Shown here: in pieces, positions 1 to 12,945 of the stretch
Position numbering within the stretch: position 1 is the first letter of the stretch
Layout: every line of letters starts with the position of its first letter
Assembly: GCA_031459915.1 (NCBI GenBank)
Contig: JAVKHO010000007.1
Location: 1-64,000, forward strand
Direction of reading: 5' to 3'
From: Candidatus Tepidifontimicrobium thermophilum
Lineage (GTDB): Bacteria; Sysuimicrobiota; Sysuimicrobiia; Sysuimicrobiales; Sysuimicrobiaceae
Length of the DNA: 64,000 nt
Notes under the pieces: model-generated
Database searches by the model: none
Seen by the model: the letters and a program-made list of their open reading frames with translations, nothing else
What the model was told of the DNA's origin: nothing
Position numbers and translations under genes: made by a program

Positions 1-2
1 TC

Positions 3-217
3 ACCTCGTACCGAGACCTGAACACGGTGAAGTTCAAGGTGATCCATGAGCTTGAGCAGGAGATGCCAGCAGCCCTTTATGACTATGAGTGGTACAAGGC
101 GGAGGAGGGCCGAGGAAAGGCATATCACCCGCTGACCCATCTTGAGCGCTGGGTGCCCGTCATCTTCATGATACTCTATGTGCTGGTCGCGATCATTGGT
201 GTGGTTGACTGGCTGAA

Positions 218-221
<4 letters not shown>
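3..221 (+). CDS. Small membrane protein, 5'-truncated by window edge; resembles RipA-type octameric membrane protein family
   Basis: Frame open from position 3: [30 protein letters not shown]...[15 protein letters not shown] followed by a hydrophobic C-terminal helix; stop overlaps hsdR start (ATGA 218-221). Family call from recalled motif. Confidence 0.6.
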
Positions 222-3361
<3,140 letters not shown>

Positions 3362-3381
3362 AAAGGGCGTCAGACAACGGC

Positions 3382-3739
3382 ACCAATACCAAAGTCGTCG
3401 AGCAGTACGTCCTGATGACCACCGACCCGCGTGACCTTGTCTTTGACCGACGTGCGGCTCGGGGACGACCGCCTACTGCGCTGACAGGTGGGCCGGGGGT
3501 GGACCAGGTGCGACACCACCCGCGTCTCCTTGGCCGTCGCCCCCCAACGGCTGATCACCGCAAAGTCTGATTACTGCGGAGTGCGCGACCCTGAACGCGG
3601 TCCCGCCGGTAGCTTCCTCTACGAGGACGTCCCTCATATCATCCTGGAGAGCATTGCCAAGGAACGCCGAGTGACGCCATCGCGGCCGAATACCAGGCGC
3701 AGATTCATGCGGCGCTGGCAGACCTCAACTACCTACTGA
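3382..3739 (+). pseudogene. Frameshifted internal fragment of a site-specific DNA methyltransferase (Mod/N6-N4 type)
   Basis: Across frames reads TNTKVVEQYVLMTTDPRDLVFD(P)TCGSGTTAYCADRWGR..CDTTRVSLAVAPQRLITAK...VPHIILESIAK, containing SAM-binding motif I; no N-terminus, several indels. Confidence 0.75.
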
Positions 3740-3934
3740 TAGGGGCACGACAGCGCGTACAGGCGATCCCAGGGGCGAGGAGGGACGTGAGGTGCTCATG
3801 TGATCACCGGCGAGAGGTGGAACGGGAGGGAGCGTCAGGGATCGGTTGACCTGCGGTTGCGGAACAGGGCGGGTGACGAGTGGCATCTGAGGTCCGCCGC
3901 GGGGTGGAGGGGTAGTGACGGGCTCGGTTACGGC

Positions 3935-4160
3935 GAAGTGGGAGTTGCGGCCTCTGCATGACCCGTGGCGGGGGACAACAGCGCTCCGTGGGAGACGTTC
4001 TTTGCCGCCCTGGAGCGCGAGGTGCTGGCCGGTGGCGGTTCCACACCCGGGAAGGAGTTGCGCACCCGCTGCTCACGACCTGGGGCGGGTTTTGTAACGG
4101 CGGCGCTGGAATTCGGTCTGGCTCACGTTTGGTCGGCGGAGTCCCAGAGGAGTTGGTGGA
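3935..4160 (+). mobile_element. Degenerate IS3-family transposase (integrase core C-terminal) remnant
   Basis: Across frames: GDNSAPWETFFAALEREVLA / WRFHTRE...GFCN, resembling the IS3 DNAxxESFFxxLKxE...F.TR...FYN segment; heavily decayed, no terminal repeats seen. Confidence 0.45.
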
Positions 4161-4172
4161 CCGGAGTACGGT

Positions 4173-5708
4173 TTAAGCCCTCAGGCCGTTGGAGGCGGAG
4201 GGGCTCTCCGGGAGGACACCGCGCAGGAGGAATCCGGAGGGCTCCCGGAGCTCGGGAGGCAGGTTGCGGACGGCTTCGTGCAGCAGGTTGCGGCAGATCC
4301 GGTCCCCGCAGACCTGCTGGGCCTGCTCGACGAGGTCCCGCAGCTGCTGGCGGTACTGGTCGAGCCGGCGGAGCACGGTGGCGTGGGAGACCGACACGCT
4401 GCCGTCGCGGGAGGCCGAGGGTTCGAACAGGGGGATCACCGGCAGGCGGTCCAGAAGCCGTTCTGCCAGCTCCGTACCTGCGGTCTGCTCGAACCCTTCG
4501 ATGAAGTACCACGCCAGGGCGTAGAAGCTCTTGGCCAGGAGCTGGGACGCTTCCACGGGATGCAGGTCCGCGGTGGGGTCCCCGCCGGAAGCGGACACCG
4601 CGCTGATCTCCGCCGCCAGCCGGGCGCGCCGGTGCGGGTCGGACAGGATCTCGCACAGGGCCGCTACCACCCGCGGGTCGAACTGCGTGCCGGCCTGACG
4701 CTGTAGCTCCGCCAGGGCGTTCTCCCAGGTGGTGCCCCGTCGGTACGGCCGGTCCGCGGTCATGGCCTCGAAGGCGTCCGCCACCGCAACGATCCTGGAC
4801 AGAAGCGGGATTCGGTCGCCCGCGAGCCTGCCAGGGTAGCCCGTGCCGTCGAACCACTCGTGAGCGTGGCGGACCGCCTCCACCACCTCCTCCGGCAGGC
4901 CCGCGGCCGCCAGGATCCGCGCACCGATGAGGGAGTGCTGCTCCACCTCCCGGCGCTCGGCCTGCGACAGGTCTCCGGGCTTGAGCAGTACGGCGTCCCG
5001 CACGCCGATCTTGCCGATGTCGTGCAGCAGGGCCGCGGTGTCCAGGTAGTCCAAGAGGTCGGGGTCCAGGTCCAGGCCCTGGCCTATGGCCCGGGCCAGC
5101 GCCTGGATGCGGCGGGAGTGGCCCCCCGTGGGGTGGTCACGGGCGTCCACCGCTTCCGCGAGGCTCACGATCATCCGGTCGCGGGTCACCCGCAGGGCCC
5201 GGTGGGCCTCCGCGCGGTCCAAGGCCACGCTCACCTGCCGGCTGAACGCCCCCAGCAGGGCCAGCAGGTCCGGGGGGAACTCCCGGGGTTTGGGGAAGTT
5301 CACGTACACCACCGCACGGACGGTCCTGTCCCGCAGCAGGGGCAGGCCCACGAAGGCGCGGACCCCTGCAGCGACCAGCTCGTGCCTCACACCTGGATCG
5401 CGGGCGCAGTCCGTTACCGCCACGGGCCCGAGTGCCCGGAGCAGGCGGGTCGTGACTCCGTCGCTGCGGATCGGCGCGTACGGCCGCACCCTCGGGCTCT
5501 GGCCCACCGCAGCCCGCAGCTCCAGGGCCCTTTCTCGGGGGTGGTACGCGTACGCCACCGCAGAGTGGGCGACCATGACGCCGTACAGCCCGTCCGCAGC
5601 CCGCTGCAGGACCTGGTCGGGATCCAGCGCGTCTGTGACCCAGGCGGCGAGCTCCAGAAGCCGCAGGGCCAGGGAGCCGGACTCACGGTCGGGTTCGGGA
5701 TGCACCAT
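4173..5708 (-). CDS. GAF + HD-GYP domain phosphodiesterase with extra C-terminal region
   Basis: N-terminal GAF-like region; DARDHPTGGHSRRI, LLHDIGKIGV, HEWFDGTGYP, VADAFEAMTADRPYR. Confidence 0.92.
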   Translation of the reverse strand: MVHPEPDRESGSLALRLLELAAWVTDALDPDQVLQRAADGLYGVMVAHSAVAYAYHPRERALELRAAVGQSPRVRPYAPIRSDGVTTRLLRALGPVAVTDCARDPGVRHELVAAGVRAFVGLPLLRDRTVRAVVYVNFPKPREFPPDLLALLGAFSRQVSVALDRAEAHRALRVTRDRMIVSLAEAVDARDHPTGGHSRRIQALARAIGQGLDLDPDLLDYLDTAALLHDIGKIGVRDAVLLKPGDLSQAERREVEQHSLIGARILAAAGLPEEVVEAVRHAHEWFDGTGYPGRLAGDRIPLLSRIVAVADAFEAMTADRPYRRGTTWENALAELQRQAGTQFDPRVVAALCEILSDPHRRARLAAEISAVSASGGDPTADLHPVEASQLLAKSFYALAWYFIEGFEQTAGTELAERLLDRLPVIPLFEPSASRDGSVSVSHATVLRRLDQYRQQLRDLVEQAQQVCGDRICRNLLHEAVRNLPPELREPSGFLLRGVLPESPSASNGLRA

Positions 5709-5770
5709 CGCCGGCGGGACCCGAGCAAGAAATGTGCCCCGGCCCCCGCCGGCAAGAACCCGAGCTTTGC

Positions 5771-6313
5771 TTAAGCGGCGGTGCGTTCCCCGGCGGCCTG
5801 GACGGCCTCCACCTCTAGGTTGAAGCGGACCTCCTCGCCCACCAGCAGGGCGCCGAAGTCCAGGAGCTGGTTCCAGGTGAGGCCCCAGTCCTTGCGGTTC
5901 AGCTTGCCCGTGGCCGTGGCCGCGGCCCTGCGCATGCCCCAGGGATCCGTCACGGGGTCGGTGGTCTCGACCTCGAACCGGACCGGACGGGTCACACCCC
6001 GGATGGTCAGTTCGCCCTCCACGGAGTAGCGGTTAGCCCCCAGCGGCTCCACGCGGGTGCTGCGGAAGGTGATCTTCGGGTGGTTGTCGGCGTCCAGGAA
6101 GTCCGCGGAGCGCAGGTGAGTGTCCCGCTGGGGCTCACCCGTGTCGATGCTGGCAGCGTCCAGGGTGGCCTCCAGCGCCACCAGCCGGCCGTCCTCGGTG
6201 GACTGTACGGTTCCGGAAACAGCCTTGAACCGTCCCTTGACGGTCGAGATCCCCATGTGGCGGACGGCGAACTCCACGGTGGTGTGGGCGGGGTCGATGC
6301 TCCACTGCAGCAC
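5771..6313 (-). CDS. YceI family protein
   Basis: [50 protein letters not shown] start after GGAGG. Confidence 0.95.
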   Translation of the reverse strand: MLQWSIDPAHTTVEFAVRHMGISTVKGRFKAVSGTVQSTEDGRLVALEATLDAASIDTGEPQRDTHLRSADFLDADNHPKITFRSTRVEPLGANRYSVEGELTIRGVTRPVRFEVETTDPVTDPWGMRRAAATATGKLNRKDWGLTWNQLLDFGALLVGEEVRFNLEVEAVQAAGERTAA

Positions 6314-6331
6314 GGTAGGGCACCTCCCTAG

Positions 6332-6415
6332 CATACGATTCGTAAGAGGCTTCTTATTCAGTAGCGAATTTTAGTAAGACGGCTTCCGGTTGTCAAGCGA
6401 CTTCCGAACTGGAAG
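6332..6415. promoter_or_regulatory. Divergent yceI/HxlR promoter region with 5-5-5 inverted-repeat operator candidates
   Basis: CATAC-N5-GTAAG (6332-6346), CTTCC-N5-TCAAG (6383-6397), perfect CTTCC-N5-GGAAG (6401-6415); TTGACA on minus strand facing yceI. Confidence 0.55.
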
Positions 6416-6438
6416 AATGCTGCTTGGGGGGAGCTGAC

Positions 6439-6780
6439 GTGGACCACGGCGTCGAACCGGTCTGCCCGAAGTTCCACCGCGCCATCGAGCTGATCGGGAA
6501 GCGGTGGACGGGAGCCATCCTGCGCGCCCTGATGGACGGGCCGCGCCGCTTCAGCGAGCTGCTGGAGGCGGTCCCGGGGCTACACGACCGACTGCTGTCC
6601 GAGCGGCTGCGGGAGCTGGAGTCCGAGGGCCTGGTGGAGCGTCGGGTTTACCCCGAGGTCCCTGTGCGTATCGAGTACCTCCTGACGGAGAAGGGCCGGG
6701 ACCTGGACAGGGTGATTGCAGAGGTCCAGCGGTGGGCGGACCGGTGGATGCCCGCTCAGGCCCCACACAGCCGTCGCTAG
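6439..6780 (+). CDS. HxlR/DUF24 family winged-helix transcriptional regulator
   Basis: CPKFHRAIELIGKRWT, RRFSEL, LLSERLRELE, PVRIEYLLTEKG; N-terminal Cys. Confidence 0.93.
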   Translation: MDHGVEPVCPKFHRAIELIGKRWTGAILRALMDGPRRFSELLEAVPGLHDRLLSERLRELESEGLVERRVYPEVPVRIEYLLTEKGRDLDRVIAEVQRWADRWMPAQAPHSRR

Positions 6781-6859
6781 CGGCCGCAGGCCCGCTAAGT
6801 TGCCCGGACCCGTCGCCCCCTGGTAGAATCCCCTGGGTCCGTGGACCGGAGGTGGAGTC

Positions 6860-7174
6860 GTGTACGCGGTCGTGGAGACCGGCGGCAAGCAGCTGCGCGT
6901 GTCGGAGGGCCAGACGGTGCGCGTGGAGCGCATTCCCGGGGAACCCGGGCAGGAGGTGGTCCTGGACCGGGTGCTGATGGTGTCCGGGGAACAGACCCTG
7001 GTCGGGACCCCCTGGGTCCCTGGGGCCAGGGTGGTGGCCCGCATCGTGCAGCAGGGTAAAGGCCGCAAGGTCACCGTGTTCAAGTACAAGCCCAAGGTGC
7101 GCTACCGGCGCAAGCGCGGCCACCGGCAGCTGTTCACCGCGCTGCGTATCGAGCGCATCGAGCTACCGGCGTAG
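6860..7174 (+). CDS. rplU: 50S ribosomal protein L21
   Basis: [14 protein letters not shown]...KRGHRQLFT. Confidence 0.99.
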   Translation: MYAVVETGGKQLRVSEGQTVRVERIPGEPGQEVVLDRVLMVSGEQTLVGTPWVPGARVVARIVQQGKGRKVTVFKYKPKVRYRRKRGHRQLFTALRIERIELPA

Positions 7175-7188
7175 CCAGGAGGCGAGCT

Positions 7189-7449
7189 ATGGCGCAGAAG
7201 AAGGGCGGAGGCAGCACGCGGAACGGGCGGGACAGCCCCGGGCAGCGGCTGGGCGTCAAGCGGTTCGCCGGACAGTGGGTCCGGGCCGGAAGCATCCTCG
7301 TGCGCCAGCGCGGTACCCGGATCTACCCCGGCCGCAACGTGGGCATCGGCTCCGACGACACCCTGTTCGCGCTGGTGGACGGGGTCGTGGCCTTCGAGCG
7401 GCGGGGACGGTCGGGCCGGCAGGTGAGTGTGATCCCGGTCGGCGCGTGA
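7189..7449 (+). CDS. rpmA: 50S ribosomal protein L27
   Basis: [21 protein letters not shown]...RQRGT. Confidence 0.99.
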   Translation: MAQKKGGGSTRNGRDSPGQRLGVKRFAGQWVRAGSILVRQRGTRIYPGRNVGIGSDDTLFALVDGVVAFERRGRSGRQVSVIPVGA

Positions 7450-7465
7450 GCCTTCGGGAAGGTAG

Positions 7466-8593
<1,128 letters not shown>

Positions 8594-8595
8594 GC

Positions 8596-9222
8596 ATGGC
8601 CCGCATCGGCATCATGGGCGGCACCTTCGACCCCATCCACCTGGGGCACCTGGTGACCGCGGAGGAGGCGCGCTGGCAGCTCGGCCTGGACCGCGTCATC
8701 TTCGTGCCCAACCGCCACCCGCCCCACAAGGACCCGGGAGAGGTCACGGACCCCGAGCACCGGTTCCGGATGACGTTCCTGGCGACCGCCACGAACCCTT
8801 ACTTCGACGTGTCCCGCGAGGAGATCGACCGGCCCGGACCCAGCTACACCGTGGACACCCTGCGGGTGTTCCGGGCGCGGTTTGCAGGGGTCCAGCTCTT
8901 CTACATCACCGGGGCGGACGCCATCCACCAGATCCTCCGGGGCGAGTGGCACCGCACCGAGGAGCTGCTGCGGCTGTGCGAGTTCATCGCCGCCAGCCGG
9001 CCCGGCTACGCCCTGAACCACGAGGACTGGCAGAACAGCCGCATCGGGCGGGAGTACCGGCACCGCATCCACGTGCTGGAGATCCCCGCCCTGGCCATCT
9101 CGTCCACGGAGATCCGCTGGCGGGTCCGGAACGGGAAGCCTATCCGGTACCTGGTGCCGGAGGCGGTGGAGCAGTACATCGTCAAGCACAACCTGTACCG
9201 GGAGGGAGAGGGCACGGCCTGA
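8596..9222 (+). CDS. nadD: Nicotinate-nucleotide adenylyltransferase
   Basis: GIMGGTFDPIHLGHL, SYTVDTL, ITGADA, ISSTEIR. Confidence 0.97.
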   Translation: MARIGIMGGTFDPIHLGHLVTAEEARWQLGLDRVIFVPNRHPPHKDPGEVTDPEHRFRMTFLATATNPYFDVSREEIDRPGPSYTVDTLRVFRARFAGVQLFYITGADAIHQILRGEWHRTEELLRLCEFIAASRPGYALNHEDWQNSRIGREYRHRIHVLEIPALAISSTEIRWRVRNGKPIRYLVPEAVEQYIVKHNLYREGEGTA

Positions 9223-9225
9223 GCG

Positions 9226-9591
9226 ATGCGCGGCTACGACAAGGCCATGGTGGCGGCGCGCGCGGCGGAGGAGAAGCACGCCGCGGACGTGGTGGTCCTG
9301 GACCTGCGGGAGTACACCCTGGTGGCGGACTACTTCGTGATCGCCACGGGCGAGAGCGTGGTCCAGCTCCGGGCCATCGCGGAGGGCGTGGAGGAGGCCA
9401 TGGAGGCCGCAGGCGCGCGTCTGCTGGGCCGCGAGGGGACGCCCCAGAGCCGTTGGGTGCTCATGGACTACGGCGACGTGGTGGTCCACCTCCTGGGGCC
9501 TGAGGAGCGGGCCTACTACCGGCTGGAGCGACTGTGGGGCCCGGACCGGGCCCGGCCCCAGACACCGCGGCGCGTGCGTAGCCGGCCCTGA
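9226..9591 (+). CDS. rsfS: Ribosome silencing factor
   Basis: DYFVIATG, WVLMDYGDVVVH, RAYYRLERLW. Confidence 0.96.
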   Translation: MRGYDKAMVAARAAEEKHAADVVVLDLREYTLVADYFVIATGESVVQLRAIAEGVEEAMEAAGARLLGREGTPQSRWVLMDYGDVVVHLLGPEERAYYRLERLWGPDRARPQTPRRVRSRP

Positions 9592-9610
9592 AGCCGACAG
9601 GGGGCAGGCG

Positions 9611-10495
9611 GTGCGGGTGGAGTTCCGACCGGCCACCGCGGAGGACACCGACCGGCTGGTGGAGCTGTACGAGCCCGTACACGGCGGCGGTTACTCCGCC
9701 TGCTTCGACAAGTACGGCTCCATCGGCCCCCAGGATTTCTGGTGGGTGCAGTCCGAGAAGGAAGTGCACCTCATGCTGGTGAACGGCCGGCCCGCGGGTT
9801 TCGTGGTCCTGGGGAGCGAGGGACGCCGGGTGCTGGTGGAGGAGCTCGTGGGCCACCCCGCGGGCGTGACGGTGAGCACGGGTCCCCTGGACCCCACGGA
9901 CGGAGCGCTGCTGCGGCGGGTGTGGCAGTTCCTCCTGGACCGCCACCGGGCCGCGCGTCAGGAGTCCGTGTTGCTGCGGACCCACGAGGCCAACCCCCTG
10001 GCCCTGGCTCTGGTCCGGCAGCAGGGCTTCACCCTCGTCAACACGTTGCGCACCGTGGTCCGGCGCGAGCGGTCGAAGCCGGTGGAACCCCCTGAGGGCT
10101 ACACCGTCCGGCGGGCGGAAGTCCGGGACGCGGCGGAGATCGCCCGCGTGCACCACGAGGCCTACGGCGAGCGGATCTCGGAGGCCGAGGTGGCCCAGCG
10201 GGTCGGAAGGCCCCACACCCGGACCTTCGTGTGCGAGCGGTCGGGCGTGCGGGTGGGCTACGCGCACGCAGCCTCCCGGGGCGGGATCGGGGACCTGTGG
10301 GTGGCGGTGCGCGAGAACCACCGCCGGCGGGGGGTGGGTACGGCCCTCGCTTCCGCAGCGGTCGCGTTCCTGCACACGAAGGAGCAGCCCGCGCGCCTGA
10401 ACCACTGGGGCCTGGACGTACCCGCCTCGGCCCTGCTGCGGCGGTTGGGCTTCGTCACGGAGCGGGTCCACCTGTACTTCGAGCGGGCCATCTGA
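9611..10495 (+). CDS. Tandem GNAT-family acetyltransferase
   Basis: Two GNAT-like halves; acetyl-CoA motif VAVRENHRRRGVGTAL; LLRRLGF. Confidence 0.8.
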   Translation: MRVEFRPATAEDTDRLVELYEPVHGGGYSACFDKYGSIGPQDFWWVQSEKEVHLMLVNGRPAGFVVLGSEGRRVLVEELVGHPAGVTVSTGPLDPTDGALLRRVWQFLLDRHRAARQESVLLRTHEANPLALALVRQQGFTLVNTLRTVVRRERSKPVEPPEGYTVRRAEVRDAAEIARVHHEAYGERISEAEVAQRVGRPHTRTFVCERSGVRVGYAHAASRGGIGDLWVAVRENHRRRGVGTALASAAVAFLHTKEQPARLNHWGLDVPASALLRRLGFVTERVHLYFERAI

Positions 10496-10557
10496 GGGGA
10501 GGATGTCGCGGGTTCCCCGCGAACTCTACGATTGGGGGCAGGCGTTCGGGAGGGAAC

Positions 10558-11301
10558 GTGGGAGGCAGGAAGTATCGGAACCACCCGTCGTGGAGGCGGT
10601 GTGCGAGTTCCGGCTCGGCCGGGCCGTCCGGTGGGATCTTACGGTCCCTGGCCTGCTGTACGAACGGCTCAAGGGGGAGTTCCCGGAGCGGGAGCAGCGG
10701 CTGATCCAAGAGGTGGAGGTTGCCTCCAGCCCCCAGGTCCTGCAGCAAACGATCCGTGTGCACGAGGCGGTTCTATTCTTCGGTCCGGCACGGAGGATGT
10801 TCGTCCAGCTTGATCCCCACCTGCTGGCCATTCACGTGTTGCAGCCCTACCCTACGTGGTTGGACTTCCGCCCGCGGATCCAGGGCGCCCTGCTCGGTCT
10901 CGCGGAGGTGCTGCAGGGGGTAAGTTGCAGTTTGAACGGATCGGGCTTCGCTATGTCAACCGGATTGAGGTCCCGAGCTCCGAGGGGTTCTGTCCCGAGC
11001 CCGTCACTACTTACGGCTCTACCCGTTCCCGGACCGCGATTTTCCGCAGTCGGTGCAAGGTTTTGACGTTTCCTGCCTGTTCTCGTACGCTGGTGGTGGC
11101 GATCTTTGCAGGCTTCGACTGATGTTAGAACCAGACGGGCCTGCCCTCCAGCTGGATATCGACTACTTCCTTGCGGCGCCCCGGGACTTCTCGGCATCGG
11201 AGGCTCTGGAGTGGGTTGGTAATGCGCACGACCGCGTGGAGGAGCTATTTGAGGCAAGCTTGACCGACGAACTTCGGGTTCTCTTCGAGCCGACTTCATG
11301 A
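10558..11301 (+). pseudogene. TIGR04255-like protein broken by at least three frameshifts
   Basis: Pieces in different frames: VGGRKYRN / PPVVEAVCEFRL...WDLTVPGLLYERLK...PYPTW / FERIGLRYVNRI / LDIDYF...EWVGNAHDRVEELFEASLTDELRVLF. Confidence 0.75.
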
Positions 11302-11834
11302 GCGTTGTTCGTCAGCACCTGGAAGGAACGGCTCGGGGACGGCCGCGAGCGAGCCCGATTCAAGGTGCAGTTCTGCCGTTTGCGAGCGAGTCCCCAGTCC
11401 CGGTGTGGGCGTGGAAAACGGGCGCATTGAGTCTGACAACGCACCCGGGCGTGACATTCGAGCGCTACGCTTCCACCCGCGCGCTCAGTGAAGCTGTGGA
11501 AGAACTGCGACACGAGTGGCAGGTGTCGGGGGTTCAGGTGGCTGACCCGCGTCCTCTATGGAGCTATCTGCTGCGCCACCCCAGAATGGGTGTCCTCGTA
11601 AGGGACCTGCTGCGGGCGGTGCGGGAGCGGTTTCCGGAAGCACGCGTGGCAGTCCACCTGTACCGCGACCCGGAGGTGTCGGATGACGAGTATGTCCGCG
11701 TATGCCTGAGGTTCCCTACCTATCCCGAGGACTGCCTGAAGAAGATCCGCGCGCTGGAGGAGAGCTTCCTGGCGCAATTGCGATCGGAGGAGGGGTGGGT
11801 GGTTCTCACCACCGACTTCCATCCGGTTGACTGA
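11298..11834 (+). CDS. Uncharacterised protein (YRDPE...GWVVLTTDF type), putative partner of the HEPN protein
   Basis: 178 aa ORF, ATGA-overlapped with upstream gene end, 2 nt before HEPN gene. Confidence 0.7.
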   Translation: MSVVRQHLEGTARGRPRASPIQGAVLPFASESPVPVWAWKTGALSLTTHPGVTFERYASTRALSEAVEELRHEWQVSGVQVADPRPLWSYLLRHPRMGVLVRDLLRAVRERFPEARVAVHLYRDPEVSDDEYVRVCLRFPTYPEDCLKKIRALEESFLAQLRSEEGWVVLTTDFHPVD

Positions 11835-11836
11835 GG

Positions 11837-12205
11837 ATGGTGTTTGACTGGCGCGAGTTTCTGCATTTGGCGAAGTGGTTAGCCAGCGGAGGGGTGGCAC
11901 CGGCTGCGGGATTCTCGGAGCAGGCGAGGCAGAGAACGGTGGTGGGCAGGGCGTACTACAGCGCCTTCGGCTACCTTAGAGACCGCGCCGCCGCCCTGGG
12001 GTTCCAGCCCAGACGGACTGCTGAAGACCATAGAGCGCTCAGGGAATACTTGCGAAGGCAGGGGCGCGAGCAGCTGGCGGCGGATCTCGACGGCCTTCGG
12101 CAGTGGCGCAATCGCTGCGACTACGAAGGGTCAGTCGAAAACCTACCTGTCCTTTTTGAGAATGCGGTCCAGCTCGCGGAGGAAGTTGCGGGTGGAATCG
12201 TCTGA
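11837..12205 (+). CDS. HEPN domain-containing protein
   Basis: FDWREFL..A..L, GRAYYSAF, H..L..YL, LRQWRNRCDY (R-x4-Y variant of HEPN motif). Confidence 0.8.
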   Translation: MVFDWREFLHLAKWLASGGVAPAAGFSEQARQRTVVGRAYYSAFGYLRDRAAALGFQPRRTAEDHRALREYLRRQGREQLAADLDGLRQWRNRCDYEGSVENLPVLFENAVQLAEEVAGGIV

Positions 12206-12649
12206 GGCACTGTCAGGCCCCGGTCGCCCCAGCTCTCCTTCGGCAGTTGGCGGGGCAGGTCGGGATCAAGGGCAGCGTCCTTTCCGGTGGCCTCGTAAAG
12301 CACCTGCACGCAGCCGTCGGCCAGCTTTTTAGGGATCACGCGGATCGCCCGCTCCAGCTTACTTGAACCGTTGGGCGCGTGTGCAGGCTGCCGCAGCGCG
12401 CTGAAGCGGGATTCCATGCGGGCTCGCTTGATGCCTGTAGGAGTCCGAAGGGGCCGGGGGGGCGCCGGACGATCGATAGGCGATGTCGGCGGCCAACAGG
12501 CTCCAGGAAGCCCTCAGGACCCGTGCGGGCGGACTGCGACGCGCCGCGCTTCCCCCAGGTTGTGGCTACCCCACGCCTCGTCTACCGCCTGGTCCCTTGA
12601 CAGCCACGCTTCCCGCTTTTGAGGGGAGTAGAGCCGCAAAACGGCCGCG

Positions 12650-12679
12650 TTGACTTCGCGGGTCCGGCTGTGCTACAAA
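12650..12679 (+). promoter_or_regulatory. Sigma70-type promoter for the T-box/proC leader
   Basis: TTGACT (12650-12655), 18 nt, TGc-TACAAA (12671-12679). Confidence 0.6.
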
Positions 12680-12689
12680 CGGTGCGAAC

Positions 12690-12935
12690 TCGGCGAGGAA
12701 GGGGCCGGCCGGGAGGGGCGACCGAAAGCGAGCCGGCAGGCGGTGTGAGGCCGGCCGGGAGCTGCCCGGCACCCACCCCGGAGCCGCGGGGGAAGCTGCC
12801 GCCTCGGGCGGCGTAACCCCGCCGGGTACGCCCGTTGTCGCGAAACCAAGCGCCGGCCACCCGTTCAGGGTGGCCGGAAGCAAGGTGGTACCGCGGAGCG
12901 CGCCTCCGCCCTTGCGGGCGGAGGCGCTTCGCGTT
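12690..12935 (+). ncRNA. T-box riboswitch, proline specifier (CCC)
   Basis: Stem I elements AGCGA and GGTGTGA; specifier region GCA-CCC-A-CCCCGGAGC (CCC 12772-12774); T-box AAGGTGGTACCGCG (12882-12895); hairpin GCGCCTCCGCCC-ttgc-GGGCGGAGGCGC (12900-12927). Confidence 0.9.
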
Positions 12936-12945
12936 GAGGTGAGGG

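Noticed and set aside
7174..7189. Absence of prp between rplU and rpmA
   Set aside because: L27 has no N-terminal extension, so this is the ordinary arrangement.
12612..12648. yybP-ykoY-like GGGGAGTAG
   Set aside because: Lies upstream of the predicted promoter, lacks the second conserved loop and has no metal-related gene downstream.
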